Below, piece after piece: positions 11,530 to 22,055 of a DNA stretch of 64,000 nt. A program made the translations under genes and the position numbers. The notes beneath the pieces are model-generated. The model searched no databases. It worked only from the letters and a program-made list of their open reading frames with translations, and had not been told where the DNA came from. This DNA comes from TPA_inf: Saccharomyces (taxonomy: Eukaryota), in assembly GCA_000146045.2 (NCBI GenBank), contig BK006948.2, positions 256,001 to 320,000 on the forward strand, given 5' to 3'. Position 1 is the stretch's first letter. Each line of letters starts with the position of its first letter.

Positions 11530-11625
11530 TCTAAGTTTGCGTTCTTGGAAGTGATATTCAATATCGAGAACTTCCAGCGATGCGAAAACTAGTCTATTAT
11601 AGTTGCTAATGTGTGCTCTATCATT

Positions 11626-11631
11626 TACGTG
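11626..11631. promoter_or_regulatory. UPRE-2-like TACGTG about 100 bp upstream of SIL1
   Basis: SIL1 is an unfolded-protein-response target, and TACGTG is the UPRE-2 core. This is a single hexamer, so it is weak evidence. Confidence 0.25.
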
Positions 11632-12186
11632 GCCTTTTCACATAGTCTGGTCTTTCTTAATTATCACAATTCCGTTACCCGAAATCTAATCTCGTGTTTA
11701 GCTTCGATCTGCGGACGTTACTTCTAACGTCCAGAACACTTCACCCGCTATTTACGTTTTGATCTAGTTGCGGCCTCCAAACCTGCAGATGAATCGTTCA
11801 TTACATTCTTGCTGCCACTAGTTGGCCGCTGCGTATACAACAAGAAATATACTATGCATTTATGTAACGCGCTTTAGTCAGTAGCCTCAGTAATGCCTTT
11901 TCTAAGGTCAGTATGTCAATATCTCTCGGGTGAACCCCAACATTGTTGTTCTTTCTTCGTTGTTTCTCTCTCTTATCATCTTCTGTGTCTTTGCTTTCTT
12001 TTGTTCACAATTTCTCGAGAAAAAAAACTCCGCAGGAAATTTTTCACTTTTATTTTGCTTATACTATAAATAGGAAGGTCCCTGAACTGATTTGTTGACA
12101 GTGTTGCATTTCGTATATAAAAGTAAACAGTGGGCTGTAACAAACATATTATATATCACTCGCTACACACACAGCTCTAAATAGCT

Positions 12187-13641
12187 ATGTTACTACGTTC
12201 TCTTACAAGTGCCTTCGTTTTAAGTGCTGGTTTGGCTCAGGCTGCTAGCAGCAGTAACAGTTCCACACCATCCATTGAAATTAAAGGCAATGCATTTTTT
12301 AATTCGGAATCAGGTGAAAGGTTTTATATCCGTGGTGTTGATTACCAGCCTGGTGGTTCTTCTAACTTGACTGATCCCTTAGCAGACGCATCTGTCTGTG
12401 ACAGAGACGTCCCCGTTCTGAAAGATCTAGGGATAAATACTGTCAGAGTTTATACTGTGGATAACTCGCAAGATCATTCCCATTGTATGAAACTATTGCA
12501 GGAGAACGGTATATACTTGATCCTGGATGTCAATACCCCCACGAGTGCTATTTCTCGTTACGATCCAGCCTGCTCCTATAACGCTGACTACTTACAAAAT
12601 GTCTTTGCCACCATTGATACCTTTGCTGATTACGACAATGTTCTAGGTTTTTTCGCTGGTAACGAGGTCATCAATAGTGTTAATACTACCAACACTGCTA
12701 CTTATGTCAAGGCAGTGGTCAGGGACATGAAGAAATACATCAAGGCTAGAAAATACAGACAAATTCCGGTAGGTTACTCGGCTGCTGATATCGTCGCTAA
12801 CAGACAATTGGCTGCTGAATACTTTAACTGTGGTGATGAAGCTGACGCTAGAATCGACATGTTTGGTGTTAATGACTATTCTTGGTGTGGTGAATCTTCA
12901 TTTGTGGTATCGGGTTATTCCACCAAGATGAAGCTATATCAAGATTACTCCGTTCCTGTCTTCTTAAGTGAATTTGGTTGTAACCAAGTCAAGAGCTCTC
13001 GTCCATTCACAGAAATTGAAGCTATCTATTCCACTCAAATGTCTTCTGTATTCTCCGGTGGGCTAGTCTACGAATATTCCAATGAAACTAACAATTACGG
13101 GCTCGTTCAAATTGATGGTGACAAGGTCACTAAATTGACAGATTTTGAAAACTTGAAAAATGAATACAGCAAAGTATCCAACCCAGAAGGCAATGGTGGT
13201 TACAGTACTTCCAACAACTATTCTACATGTCCTGATTATGAAAAGGGTGTCTGGGAAGCTAATAACACTTTGCCTGCTATGCCAAGTGCTGCTTCTGCTT
13301 ACTTCACATCTGGAGCAGGTTCTCCTATGGGAACCGGAATCGCCACCCAACAAAGTTGTGATGCTAAGGACGATGACGACGAAGAAGACGACGACACCTC
13401 CTCTTCATCCTCTTCTTCCTCTTCATCTTCATCTTCCGCTTCTTCATCTTCTGAATCATCATCCTCGACTTCAAAGGCATCTTCCTCCTCCCCTTCTGCT
13501 AGCGAAACGAGCTTGCTAAAATCTGCCGCATCTGCTACTTCGTCCAGCCAATCGTCCTCGAAATCAAAGGGTGCTGCCGGAATTATTGAGATTCCTTTGA
13601 TATTCCGTGCTTTGGCAGAACTTTATAACTTGGTTTTATGA
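12187..13641 (+). CDS. GAS5: GAS5, GPI-anchored 1,3-beta-glucanosyltransferase (GH72), 484 aa
   Basis: Signal peptide, a GH72-like catalytic body, a C-terminal acidic run followed by a long poly-Ser tract, and a hydrophobic GPI signal tail. Confidence 0.9.
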   Translation: MLLRSLTSAFVLSAGLAQAASSSNSSTPSIEIKGNAFFNSESGERFYIRGVDYQPGGSSNLTDPLADASVCDRDVPVLKDLGINTVRVYTVDNSQDHSHCMKLLQENGIYLILDVNTPTSAISRYDPACSYNADYLQNVFATIDTFADYDNVLGFFAGNEVINSVNTTNTATYVKAVVRDMKKYIKARKYRQIPVGYSAADIVANRQLAAEYFNCGDEADARIDMFGVNDYSWCGESSFVVSGYSTKMKLYQDYSVPVFLSEFGCNQVKSSRPFTEIEAIYSTQMSSVFSGGLVYEYSNETNNYGLVQIDGDKVTKLTDFENLKNEYSKVSNPEGNGGYSTSNNYSTCPDYEKGVWEANNTLPAMPSAASAYFTSGAGSPMGTGIATQQSCDAKDDDDEEDDDTSSSSSSSSSSSSSASSSSESSSSTSKASSSSPSASETSLLKSAASATSSSQSSSKSKGAAGIIEIPLIFRALAELYNLVL

Positions 13642-13814
13642 GTTTTCACCCCCGTTCTTTACCACATTGTTTCTAATTATTCCGTTAGCGCCGCTTACTT
13701 TTAATGTTCTTAAGATAAAAAAACATCATTAATATTATTATTAAAAAATTCATATATATACCTATATCTATATGCACTATTTATGCTTCCACTTTTCTTT
13801 TCTTTCTAAATACA

Positions 13815-14639
13815 TCATTCCAAGACGTTTTTGTCCATCTTATGTAATGCATCCTTGATGCTTTGCAATTCTACTTTCTGTCCACGAACGTGCAATCCAG
13901 ATGCAATGTTCTCTAACGCTGATGAGATCGAAGTTGAATCCTCAGGATTTAGTTGTTCTTGGATACTTTTATTTTTTTGCATATGTTGACGGATTTTTTG
14001 ATATGTGTAACTGATCGGCAGATACCTCTTTGCATCGGAAGCCGCATTCATTTGTGCATTCTTGCAGGAACATATTTCGGGTAGCTTGATTGAATTGTAA
14101 TTTACGTCAGTTTGTTGTTCATTTAGATCCGGTGACAACGCACTGTTGGAAGAGAAAGAGCTTGAACTACATTTATTCGAAAGTGATTGACAAAAATTCC
14201 TACTATGGGGGTCTGATCTACATTGCTTGCAGCTTCCAGGTATCCATGACCCATCCTCTTTAGTGATCGGTCTATTCTCGCTATCGTAGATTTCTTTGTC
14301 TCCACAGCATTTCGATATTGATTTCTTAGCATCGGATTCTATTTTCTTTTCTGAACAGCAAACGGGGACTAAGGATGGCATTATGTTATTCTTTTGGTTG
14401 CAACATGTTACTGGTTTCATGGCATCTTTATTCCTACAACATTTTATTTTTTTGTTGCCACTGCCTGCACATGCATTGATACTGCTGCTGCATGAAGACA
14501 GAGGTGAATTAATATGGCCATCAAGCGATGAATTCGTTGAACTAAACTGTCTGCCGCTCAGATATTGATAATCGTTGGCTATATCAATCTCAGACAAAGA
14601 CTGGTCTGTTAATACCGCGGGCACATGAGATGTTAACAA
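13815..14639 (-). pseudogene. YOL029C: Displaced C-terminal reading frame of YAP7, separated from the bZIP part by a frameshift; corresponds to the separately named YOL029C (ATG at 14420)
   Basis: This open frame begins at a TTG codon and overlaps the YAP7 stop region by 7 nt in another frame. It is Cys-rich and S/N-rich. The first ATG is at 14418-14420, giving a 201-aa product. Confidence 0.55.
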
Positions 14640-15370
14640 TGGGCCTTCAGCTTTCCTTTTTTTAAACTGACAGCGCCGATTGGTTTAAAGTTTTCTACCA
14701 TTTCTAATATCGAAATAGGATTGTCTGGCGGGTTTTCTGGCTGCTGTTGAAATGGAGTATTAACAATCAAAGGCAAGGCTTTTTGCAATTCGTTGTTTAA
14801 TGCTATTGATTTTTGCAAGTTTTCCTTTGTATCGGAAAACTCAGATTCCAGCAGTTTATATTTCCTTTGCCAATCATCGACCAAATTGTGTAGCATCTCA
14901 ACCTTCTCTTCCAGAACCTGGATTCTTGTTGTTCTGCGTTCCCTATATGCTCTTTGCGCATCTCTATTTTGCCTCCTTCGCTTTTCCACGCTATCGACAC
15001 CGTTTTCATCACCACTTCCGTTGCCTTCATCATCAGATTTCCCCTCATGACCTTTTGCGCCTTCGTTCTCATGATCTTTTGTGGTCATTTGGTCTTTCTG
15101 GTTGGAAGTTTGAACCTTCTTTATCTTGGACGATCCATCATTATTAGCTGATGCATCCCCGCGCTTGGATTTCGGTTTGCGGCCCGGTTTTAGGCGCTGT
15201 GGTAACTCCCAATTCTTGGATAACTTAATAGCTGACGGTCCTGATGTACTCACATTTCCATCTGGTGAGGATGGAGGTGGAGACGTCGTAGACATGGAAC
15301 CCTGTTTATGCCCCAATTTGAAGCCTTTGGGCTTTACGCTAACTGCTACTACAGACCTTCGTTGTCTCAT
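14633..15370 (-). CDS. YAP7: YAP7, bZIP (Yap family) transcription factor, truncated 245-aa allele
   Basis: bZIP basic region KRRRQNRDAQRAYRERRTTRIQVLEEKVEML. The ATG is at 15368-15370 and the stop TAA is at 14633-14635. The other frame stays open downstream, as described in the finding below. Confidence 0.8.
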   Translation of the reverse strand: MRQRRSVVAVSVKPKGFKLGHKQGSMSTTSPPPSSPDGNVSTSGPSAIKLSKNWELPQRLKPGRKPKSKRGDASANNDGSSKIKKVQTSNQKDQMTTKDHENEGAKGHEGKSDDEGNGSGDENGVDSVEKRRRQNRDAQRAYRERRTTRIQVLEEKVEMLHNLVDDWQRKYKLLESEFSDTKENLQKSIALNNELQKALPLIVNTPFQQQPENPPDNPISILEMVENFKPIGAVSLKKGKLKAHC

Positions 15371-16002
15371 GATCCATTGAAAGTGTGCGTAAATGACAAA
15401 ATTTTGTGCCTTTCTATATTCTTTAATTGATGATTTACTTCCTTGATAACGGCTCAACAAACGAAGAGCAATTTTCAAATTTCAAAAGAAAAAACCGTTG
15501 AAACTGTTCTTGAGCAACTTTCAAGCCTCTTATGATGATGTGCTACAGATTGAAGTACAGGTGAAAAGAGGAATAACCAATAGCCTTGTTTGCTTTCTAC
15601 GGTGGGGCAGCGGATTTTCTCTTTTATGCTTATGCTTCTTCTTCCATATATTACTAATTTTTCTCGAGCGAGCAGCTTTACTGCGTGCATTACCGATGAA
15701 AAAAATCGCCGATATATGAAAATCCAGCTCATAAGATGCTGATTAAGGAGTCATGAGTGAAAGGACCCTCGTGGCCATCACAAAAAAGACACTTTGCTCC
15801 TGTATAAAAAAAAAAATAAGGCGGTAGTTTAGATAGGGTGTCTATTATATACATGCATAATAATTTAGTTTTGAAGGGTCGCTGGTTTTGCCGTGACGTA
15901 CGCTTCTCTTTGATCTTTTGCCATTGTTGTCAGAGAAAAGAGAACCGATTGACTTTTTTTTTTTAGTTTTTTTTAGTTTTTTTCTTAGGCTTTGATCTAA
16001 TA

Positions 16003-17724
16003 TCAATCTTTCTTAATGACAAAAGTCTTCGCAGCTTGATCGGCCGGAATGGGAGGTACAGATTTTGCTTCTTCCTCTTCATCTAGGTTGATATCATCTG
16101 GCACATGCTCTCTCGAAGCTCTTTGCTTAGCTTCCTCTTCCTCCTTCTTTATTAGTTCTTCTTGCTCCTTCAAAACGTTCAATTTGAACTCGTTATCGTC
16201 GGATGTCTTCTTTTCTTCAGCTTCCGTGGCTTCCGCAGAGTCGGTAGGCTCTGCGTTCTCTTTTTCCTGAGATATTTCCTCTGTCTTCGCTGTTTCTGCC
16301 TTTTCATTAACTACGACTAGTTTAGGAGTAACCGCAGAAGCGGTGGTAGCTATAACAGACTCTTTTGCGGTGGCTTCTTCCTTCGGTATAGCAGTTTCCT
16401 CGGGTTTTTCTTCCGTCTTTATCTTCTTTTCAGCAACTTGCTTTTCAGCTTCAGTTTCAGCAGCGGATGATTTCGATTCAGATACATCTAGTTTTGCGAC
16501 GTTGTAAACGGGATCTGGAATGGAACTTAGCACTTGTAATATACCGTCGTAGTACAGATCCAAAAGGTCGTCATATTTGCTTTTTGTTTCTTTTTTTTCA
16601 GCTAGTGGCGAGAATGCCTTTGAATAGTTCTCCTTTGGAAGTCCTCCAAACGTGAACGTGGAACTCAAAACCATCAAGACGGATGGGATTTTTTGTCTCA
16701 GTCTCAATTCTAGCCAAACTTTTAGATTATCGACCAAGTCCTCCTTGGATACACCGTACGCTTTCATACCACGAGACACACAAGCTTGATACAGCTCTTC
16801 TTGCGATAAACTTTCAACGCCTTCGTAGTCAATAGTTTTATCGTCGTTCATTATATCCTTTAGTTTGGAACGAATTTGGTAACGAAGCATGTTATCGTTA
16901 CCAAATGGCCTTAGTGACATAAACTTCGACATTGCTGCCAATTGTGGTCTTGACAAGTTATCCAAAACGCTATCGTTTTTGAACATTTGCGCAATGGCGC
17001 TTATTTCATCGTGTTGGAAAGTCATAATCTTACCTTCCTTGGCAGAATAAAGCTTCCGGAAAAAATTCAAAAATTTTTGCTTCTTCTCTGCATTTTCAAT
17101 GGTGTTGTAAGTGATCAAATTGGATTCTTCCAAAGTCTCATGCAAGAATTCGGATGTCTTTTTTCTGATCTCGATGAGCTTATTTCTCTTGGCTTGCTTA
17201 TCCTTGCCGGATTCGTAAGTGGAGGGTAGTAAGTTGGGGAAGAGTTTCAAAGCGAAAGGCAAAAATAGTTCGGCGAATGGAATAATAAGGAACGCTGAAA
17301 AAGGGATCAACCTAAACACATCGCCCATTGTCCTCCTCAATTGGTTCCTCTCTCTTCTAGACAACTCGTAACCCTGAGCAAATTTAATCAAAAGCTTAGT
17401 AGAAACTTTGATTTCGTAACCCAAAAGTTTCGTCCCATTAGCATAATGTTTCAAGGCGTGCTTCACTTTGACCATAAGCGTCTCCTTGGGCTTGGCAGGA
17501 GCATCGGTGGATGTTGGAGCTACGGGCTTCGTAACACTTTTCGACTTATCAGTAGAATAAAATCTCAAAGATAAAGGATAGTTGGGCTGTACTCCTTGCG
17601 CTCTCAAAGGCCAATGACACGAGGGAATAGTGGAAGCTATTAATCTAGGGCCTTGATTTTTAACAAAATACAAGCTTGCTTGACGTCTTGTCACACATGA
17701 CGCTCTTGATGCGAAATTCAACAT
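16003..17724 (-). CDS. MDM38: MDM38, mitochondrial inner-membrane LETM1-family protein, 573 aa
   Basis: LETM1-like domain, a coiled-coil region and an acidic/Lys-rich C-terminus. Size matches. Confidence 0.88.
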
Positions 17725-18011
17725 CTTAGTATATTATCTGTAGTGATAGAGATAGCGTATATTATGCGCTGCCTGAAATGCACTGCGCTGTTCATATTCA
17801 TCACCGTGGCAATGACTGATCCATTTATTTGGAGATGATTCAACGAATAATTTTTCACCGCGGGATTATCGCCCAAGACGGGGTCGTTTGAGGGTAATAC
17901 CGTGGCTAGCTTTATGGCTTGTGAAACTATTGCCAGTTATGTGGTTACGTATAATCTACCGTATGTGTGTGTGTATTTATTTATGTAGGTTGCTAATGCT
18001 TTGGTGATCGT

Positions 18012-18353
18012 TTAAAGGAACTTGGACGCAACCCTCCCACGGGTGCCAGGGCTTGAAATCTCTTTCAATGCTGCTATTTTGCGCGACTCTGGGTACACCT
18101 TATACCCCTTGTTTCTATGGTTAAACCAATTGAATCTCCAGCAGAGCTCGTGAGCAAATAGCTCGCCGAAGCCGAGCATCATGCCGTTGAGGAAGGGCAA
18201 AAGTAGGTTGATGGAGCACGAGCCTACAAAGGATACAAGGCTCTGCACAAGTGGGCTCTCGTCGGCACTCACTGTGTTCTGCACCTCCATACAGTCTTTG
18301 TCTTCTGATTCGTCATCTGACACGCTCTCCCAGAATCCCACAACCTCTGTCAT
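18012..18353 (-). CDS. MIM1: MIM1, mitochondrial outer-membrane import protein, 113 aa
   Basis: 113-aa protein with a single central transmembrane segment (LLLPFLNGMMLGFGELFA). Size and position match. Confidence 0.8.
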   Translation of the reverse strand: MTEVVGFWESVSDDESEDKDCMEVQNTVSADESPLVQSLVSFVGSCSINLLLPFLNGMMLGFGELFAHELCWRFNWFNHRNKGYKVYPESRKIAALKEISSPGTRGRVASKFL

Positions 18354-18672
18354 ATTTCTGTCTTGTGGCAGTTTCGTAAGAAGGGGGGTGATGTTTCTAA
18401 TATTACAGTGATGTTCTATTGTTCAAGTAAAGTGTATGGCTGTTTCTTATGGCGCGGAATATACCACTTCGTTATAAGTGATTACATCTCGTAACGCATT
18501 CCTCTTGTTCAGTGGTAGGGGAGGCCGATGGTAGTGGAATAATACGCTTTTATGGGCCATTGGTATTACTATTTATCTTCGTTATAATAAATAGTACACG
18601 TTGCAGACATATTTGGAGGAGAGTTTTTAAAGTACTGTTGGGGTGCTCTTGCTGTGCATTGTAAGTAATCGT

Positions 18673-18773
18673 GTCCCAGTGGCCGAGTGGTTAAGGCGAT
18701 GCCCTGCTATTTCCTCAGAAAAGCAATTAGGCATTGGGTTTTACCTGCGCAGGTTCGAATCCTGTCTGTGACG
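18673..18773 (+). tRNA. tRNA-Ser (anticodon GCU) with a 19-nt intron
   Basis: GTCCCAGTGGCCGAGTGGTTAAGGCGATGCC ctGCTa, then the intron tttcctcagaaaagcaatt, then AGGCAT, a long variable arm and GGTTCGAATCC. A Pol III T-run (tttctttttt) follows immediately. Confidence 0.85.
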
Positions 18774-18956
18774 CATTTCTTTTTTGTGAATTCTTGCTTC
18801 TTATCCTTCTACAATCCTTTCGTGACATTTATTGAATCATCTCTACAAAATTTTTACACATAGCTAAGGTTAGCTTGTTCTACATTACACAAGTGGTAGC
18901 AAAATCGTTTACATTGCACTCAGCTATATCAACATCACGTTCTACCGCAACTAGTA

Positions 18957-20939
18957 ATGAGCTTGCACATTAGTAAACTGATTGAGCAATATCGTTCCAC
19001 TAAGGACAATGACCTTAAATATATGCTTTTAAGGCAAAACTTTAAAATTAACGACATAGAGGATGAGCTGGCTCCTCTTGTTAACGAATTGCTGCTCCCG
19101 GTATTGGTCGAAGAACAAGACATGGAAATTCTCAACCTAGTATCGTTTCAAGTGCTCCCCGATTTAGTTCTTTCTATGATCAGCGACCCTGCAGCTGCTC
19201 AGTTGGGATGGGTAATAAGCTTGATATGCGACCCTTTATTAAACCAAAGCATGATACATGCAAATCGTTCTTTTGTTCTGATTGAGACACTAAGAAATGT
19301 GTTACAAAAAATTGAAAACTCCCCTCATTTAGATTACCACCAACCAGTAAACAGTTCATTAGAGTTTATCTCCAAATTTATTGTTGAAATGAAAAGGCAT
19401 ATGTGTGATGTGGATGCTGCGCAGCTTTCACATTCACTTTCTGAAAGCAATATGCTAATTTACATAGAATCCCTTAATCTATTGCTAAAATTTAGCTTCT
19501 TTTCAGACGCGGCAAGTCCTTCAGTAATGGTCACACTGCCCTTTGATATTTTGAATGACGTTTTTACAATTGCGCAGGACTATTCTGCTACGAATACAAA
19601 TGAAAGCATTGATAGGATCACAGAAAAATTACTTTTGACTTCTACGCAATTAACTCATCCGGTGGACCTGGAAAATTTATGCCCCAAAATGAAGTACAAT
19701 ACTTTAGCAGCAGTTTCTCGAATATGGTACAAATTTGGCCCCATAGTCGATAAATTATTTACTAACCGGCTATTACCGGTTCTATTCCCCCCGCAAATGG
19801 GAGAAGAATGTAACGTCGAAGATGTTCTCGAAATAGTTCATAACTTCCATCCATATTTTTCTATTCGTAGGCTAAAGGATAATAGGCCTCTATTGTCAGA
19901 TTCGACTATTAGCCAGCTAAGAGAGGGTTTGTTTGGTATGCTCAGCATATTAAACGACTCGCTGACAAGGACGCAAAATGAAAACGACCATGGTAGCGAC
20001 AATCTGATCGACAGTGACGACGGATTTGGCTCAGACAACGATCCTGAACAACAAGCGTACCTCGATGAACTCGTATCAGAAGGTTATGACGAAAACATGT
20101 ATGACGGTGATACGGATGACGAAGACGCAGATGATATAAACGTTGAAAAAAATGATGAAGCCACCAAAGACATTACAGAAACGAACAAAATCCTTTTAAT
20201 CTTTTCTGAGTTACATTATCCTCAGGAGGAGCGCTTCTCTGAACTGTTGGTTGAGTTGCAGACTAAGATCGCTATAAACACATCCTTAATTGATAAAATT
20301 CTTTCAAAAGAGACAACAGAATTACCCACTCACAATGGGGAAATCGCAGATTTGAACGAAATTCTAAATGAAGTGAAAGGCAATAAACCAATTAGAAAAA
20401 ACGTTATTTTTTGTACGTTAGCGCATACTTTGTCGTTGCAATCCGGTTCCGAATTGTCTGTTCTACAGCTATCAATAGAGGTTATTGATCATCTGCTGGT
20501 TAAAAATCATTCAAATAACATCACTCGTGGCGAGCAATTTCAATTGATTAAGTTGATATTACCCCATCTAAAAACAAATAAATCTTTTATTGATACATTA
20601 AAAGCAGGAAATTTTACCCAAAAAATTGATGAAGGAGTGACCTTAAGAACAATGATTCTTTCTCTACTACTACAACTATTCCCACTGGATTACTCTATGC
20701 TAGGTGAGATTTTACCCACTATTGCGCGATATTCTGTAAGGGATAAGGATCTTGGGGTGAGAGATCTGTCCTTCCAATTGCTGGACCAAATTCTACGCAC
20801 ATACTATAATTACCTAATTGGTATCGATTGGGAATGGTATAAAGATGACTTCTATCAAGTTTTGCAAGAAACTTGTATTAAAAAAGACATAAATACCAAC
20901 CTCTTGCTACAATTTCCTCCTTATCTCCCTCATGACTAG
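18957..20939 (+). CDS. LAG2: LAG2, longevity-assurance protein / SCF regulator, 660 aa
   Basis: 660-aa ORF with an acidic D/E-rich central tract. Size and position between MIM1 and YOL024W match. Confidence 0.8.
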   Translation: MSLHISKLIEQYRSTKDNDLKYMLLRQNFKINDIEDELAPLVNELLLPVLVEEQDMEILNLVSFQVLPDLVLSMISDPAAAQLGWVISLICDPLLNQSMIHANRSFVLIETLRNVLQKIENSPHLDYHQPVNSSLEFISKFIVEMKRHMCDVDAAQLSHSLSESNMLIYIESLNLLLKFSFFSDAASPSVMVTLPFDILNDVFTIAQDYSATNTNESIDRITEKLLLTSTQLTHPVDLENLCPKMKYNTLAAVSRIWYKFGPIVDKLFTNRLLPVLFPPQMGEECNVEDVLEIVHNFHPYFSIRRLKDNRPLLSDSTISQLREGLFGMLSILNDSLTRTQNENDHGSDNLIDSDDGFGSDNDPEQQAYLDELVSEGYDENMYDGDTDDEDADDINVEKNDEATKDITETNKILLIFSELHYPQEERFSELLVELQTKIAINTSLIDKILSKETTELPTHNGEIADLNEILNEVKGNKPIRKNVIFCTLAHTLSLQSGSELSVLQLSIEVIDHLLVKNHSNNITRGEQFQLIKLILPHLKTNKSFIDTLKAGNFTQKIDEGVTLRTMILSLLLQLFPLDYSMLGEILPTIARYSVRDKDLGVRDLSFQLLDQILRTYYNYLIGIDWEWYKDDFYQVLQETCIKKDINTNLLLQFPPYLPHD

Positions 20940-21085
20940 ATAGTTTTATACCAAATACATCATGCATCTTTTTTTTTTCCTTATAGTTTGTGTCATCAAC
21001 ATGTTTTTGCCCGTATTAATACACAATAATCTATCCTCTCAGGCAGGGAGAAGAAAACTAAATATACATAGCACCCTCACACAGG

Positions 21086-21604
21086 ATGTCAAAACTATCG
21101 TCTTATCCTCATGCCGCCGATTTTATAAATATGGAAGAACCGCCAAAATCTAAAGAGTTTTTCGATGATCTTTGTGCCGTCCCTAATTTACTCAAAAGAC
21201 GTTTTCCAAACTCTCGAAGATCGACGCATTATTGTGAGGCTTTAAATTATTCTAGGAAAAAGCTTCCTGTTGTGTTGTCTAAAATGACACTGCAAGAGTT
21301 GAGGCACAATATGTCAACATTTTTTTTGCAGGAAAAGGATCAAATAAATATTTATGACACCTGTAAGGTGATAGACATGGGGGACCGTGTCTTGCTCGAA
21401 ACTATGCCTCCACAGCCAAGAGATTTATTTGAAAAATTGCATGCAAGTAAAACAAATTTAGTAGTTCAGACAGCAGCTTTGGATGAACCCCTACTTACAG
21501 TAAAAGCAGAGCTACAGTCATCTTCCTTTCCACAAAAATCAAGCCTATTTCTGTATGAGGATTATAAAAAATTTATTTATCAACAACTAGATATGTTTAG
21601 TTAA
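21086..21604 (+). CDS. YOL024W: Small protein of unknown function, 172 aa (YOL024W)
   Basis: 172-aa ORF starting at an ATG, in the expected position. No recognisable domain. Confidence 0.55.
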   Translation: MSKLSSYPHAADFINMEEPPKSKEFFDDLCAVPNLLKRRFPNSRRSTHYCEALNYSRKKLPVVLSKMTLQELRHNMSTFFLQEKDQINIYDTCKVIDMGDRVLLETMPPQPRDLFEKLHASKTNLVVQTAALDEPLLTVKAELQSSSFPQKSSLFLYEDYKKFIYQQLDMFS

Positions 21605-22055
21605 TTACTTACGAAAAGAGAGGCTATTGTTTATTGTTGGCCATTTTATTTATTATTATTTTTTTCCACCTTAGCATAAGGAAACACGATTTGGATTTCA
21701 AAAGTAGAGCTTTAATAACAAAAGATAAACAACCACAGTGTCAAGAACGGTTACAACGAGAAGGATAGGCTGATGATTTATCAAACATCTTCTTATTGGT
21801 TCCTAGTAATTTCCCTATTTTTGAGCAACAAAATGTCGGGATAATATTCTCATAATACTCAAACACTCTTAATATCATATATATATATATACAGTCATTT
21901 TTTGTTATTCGTTACCCGAACTTCTTTATTATTATAACCAGGGAACATCAATAACGAGCTACAATAATCATGTTCATCTCCCTCATTGTCTCTTATTTGA
22001 TGTTACACACGCTTTTCTAGCATAGGAGGAACTTCCATATGCATACTAATAGATC

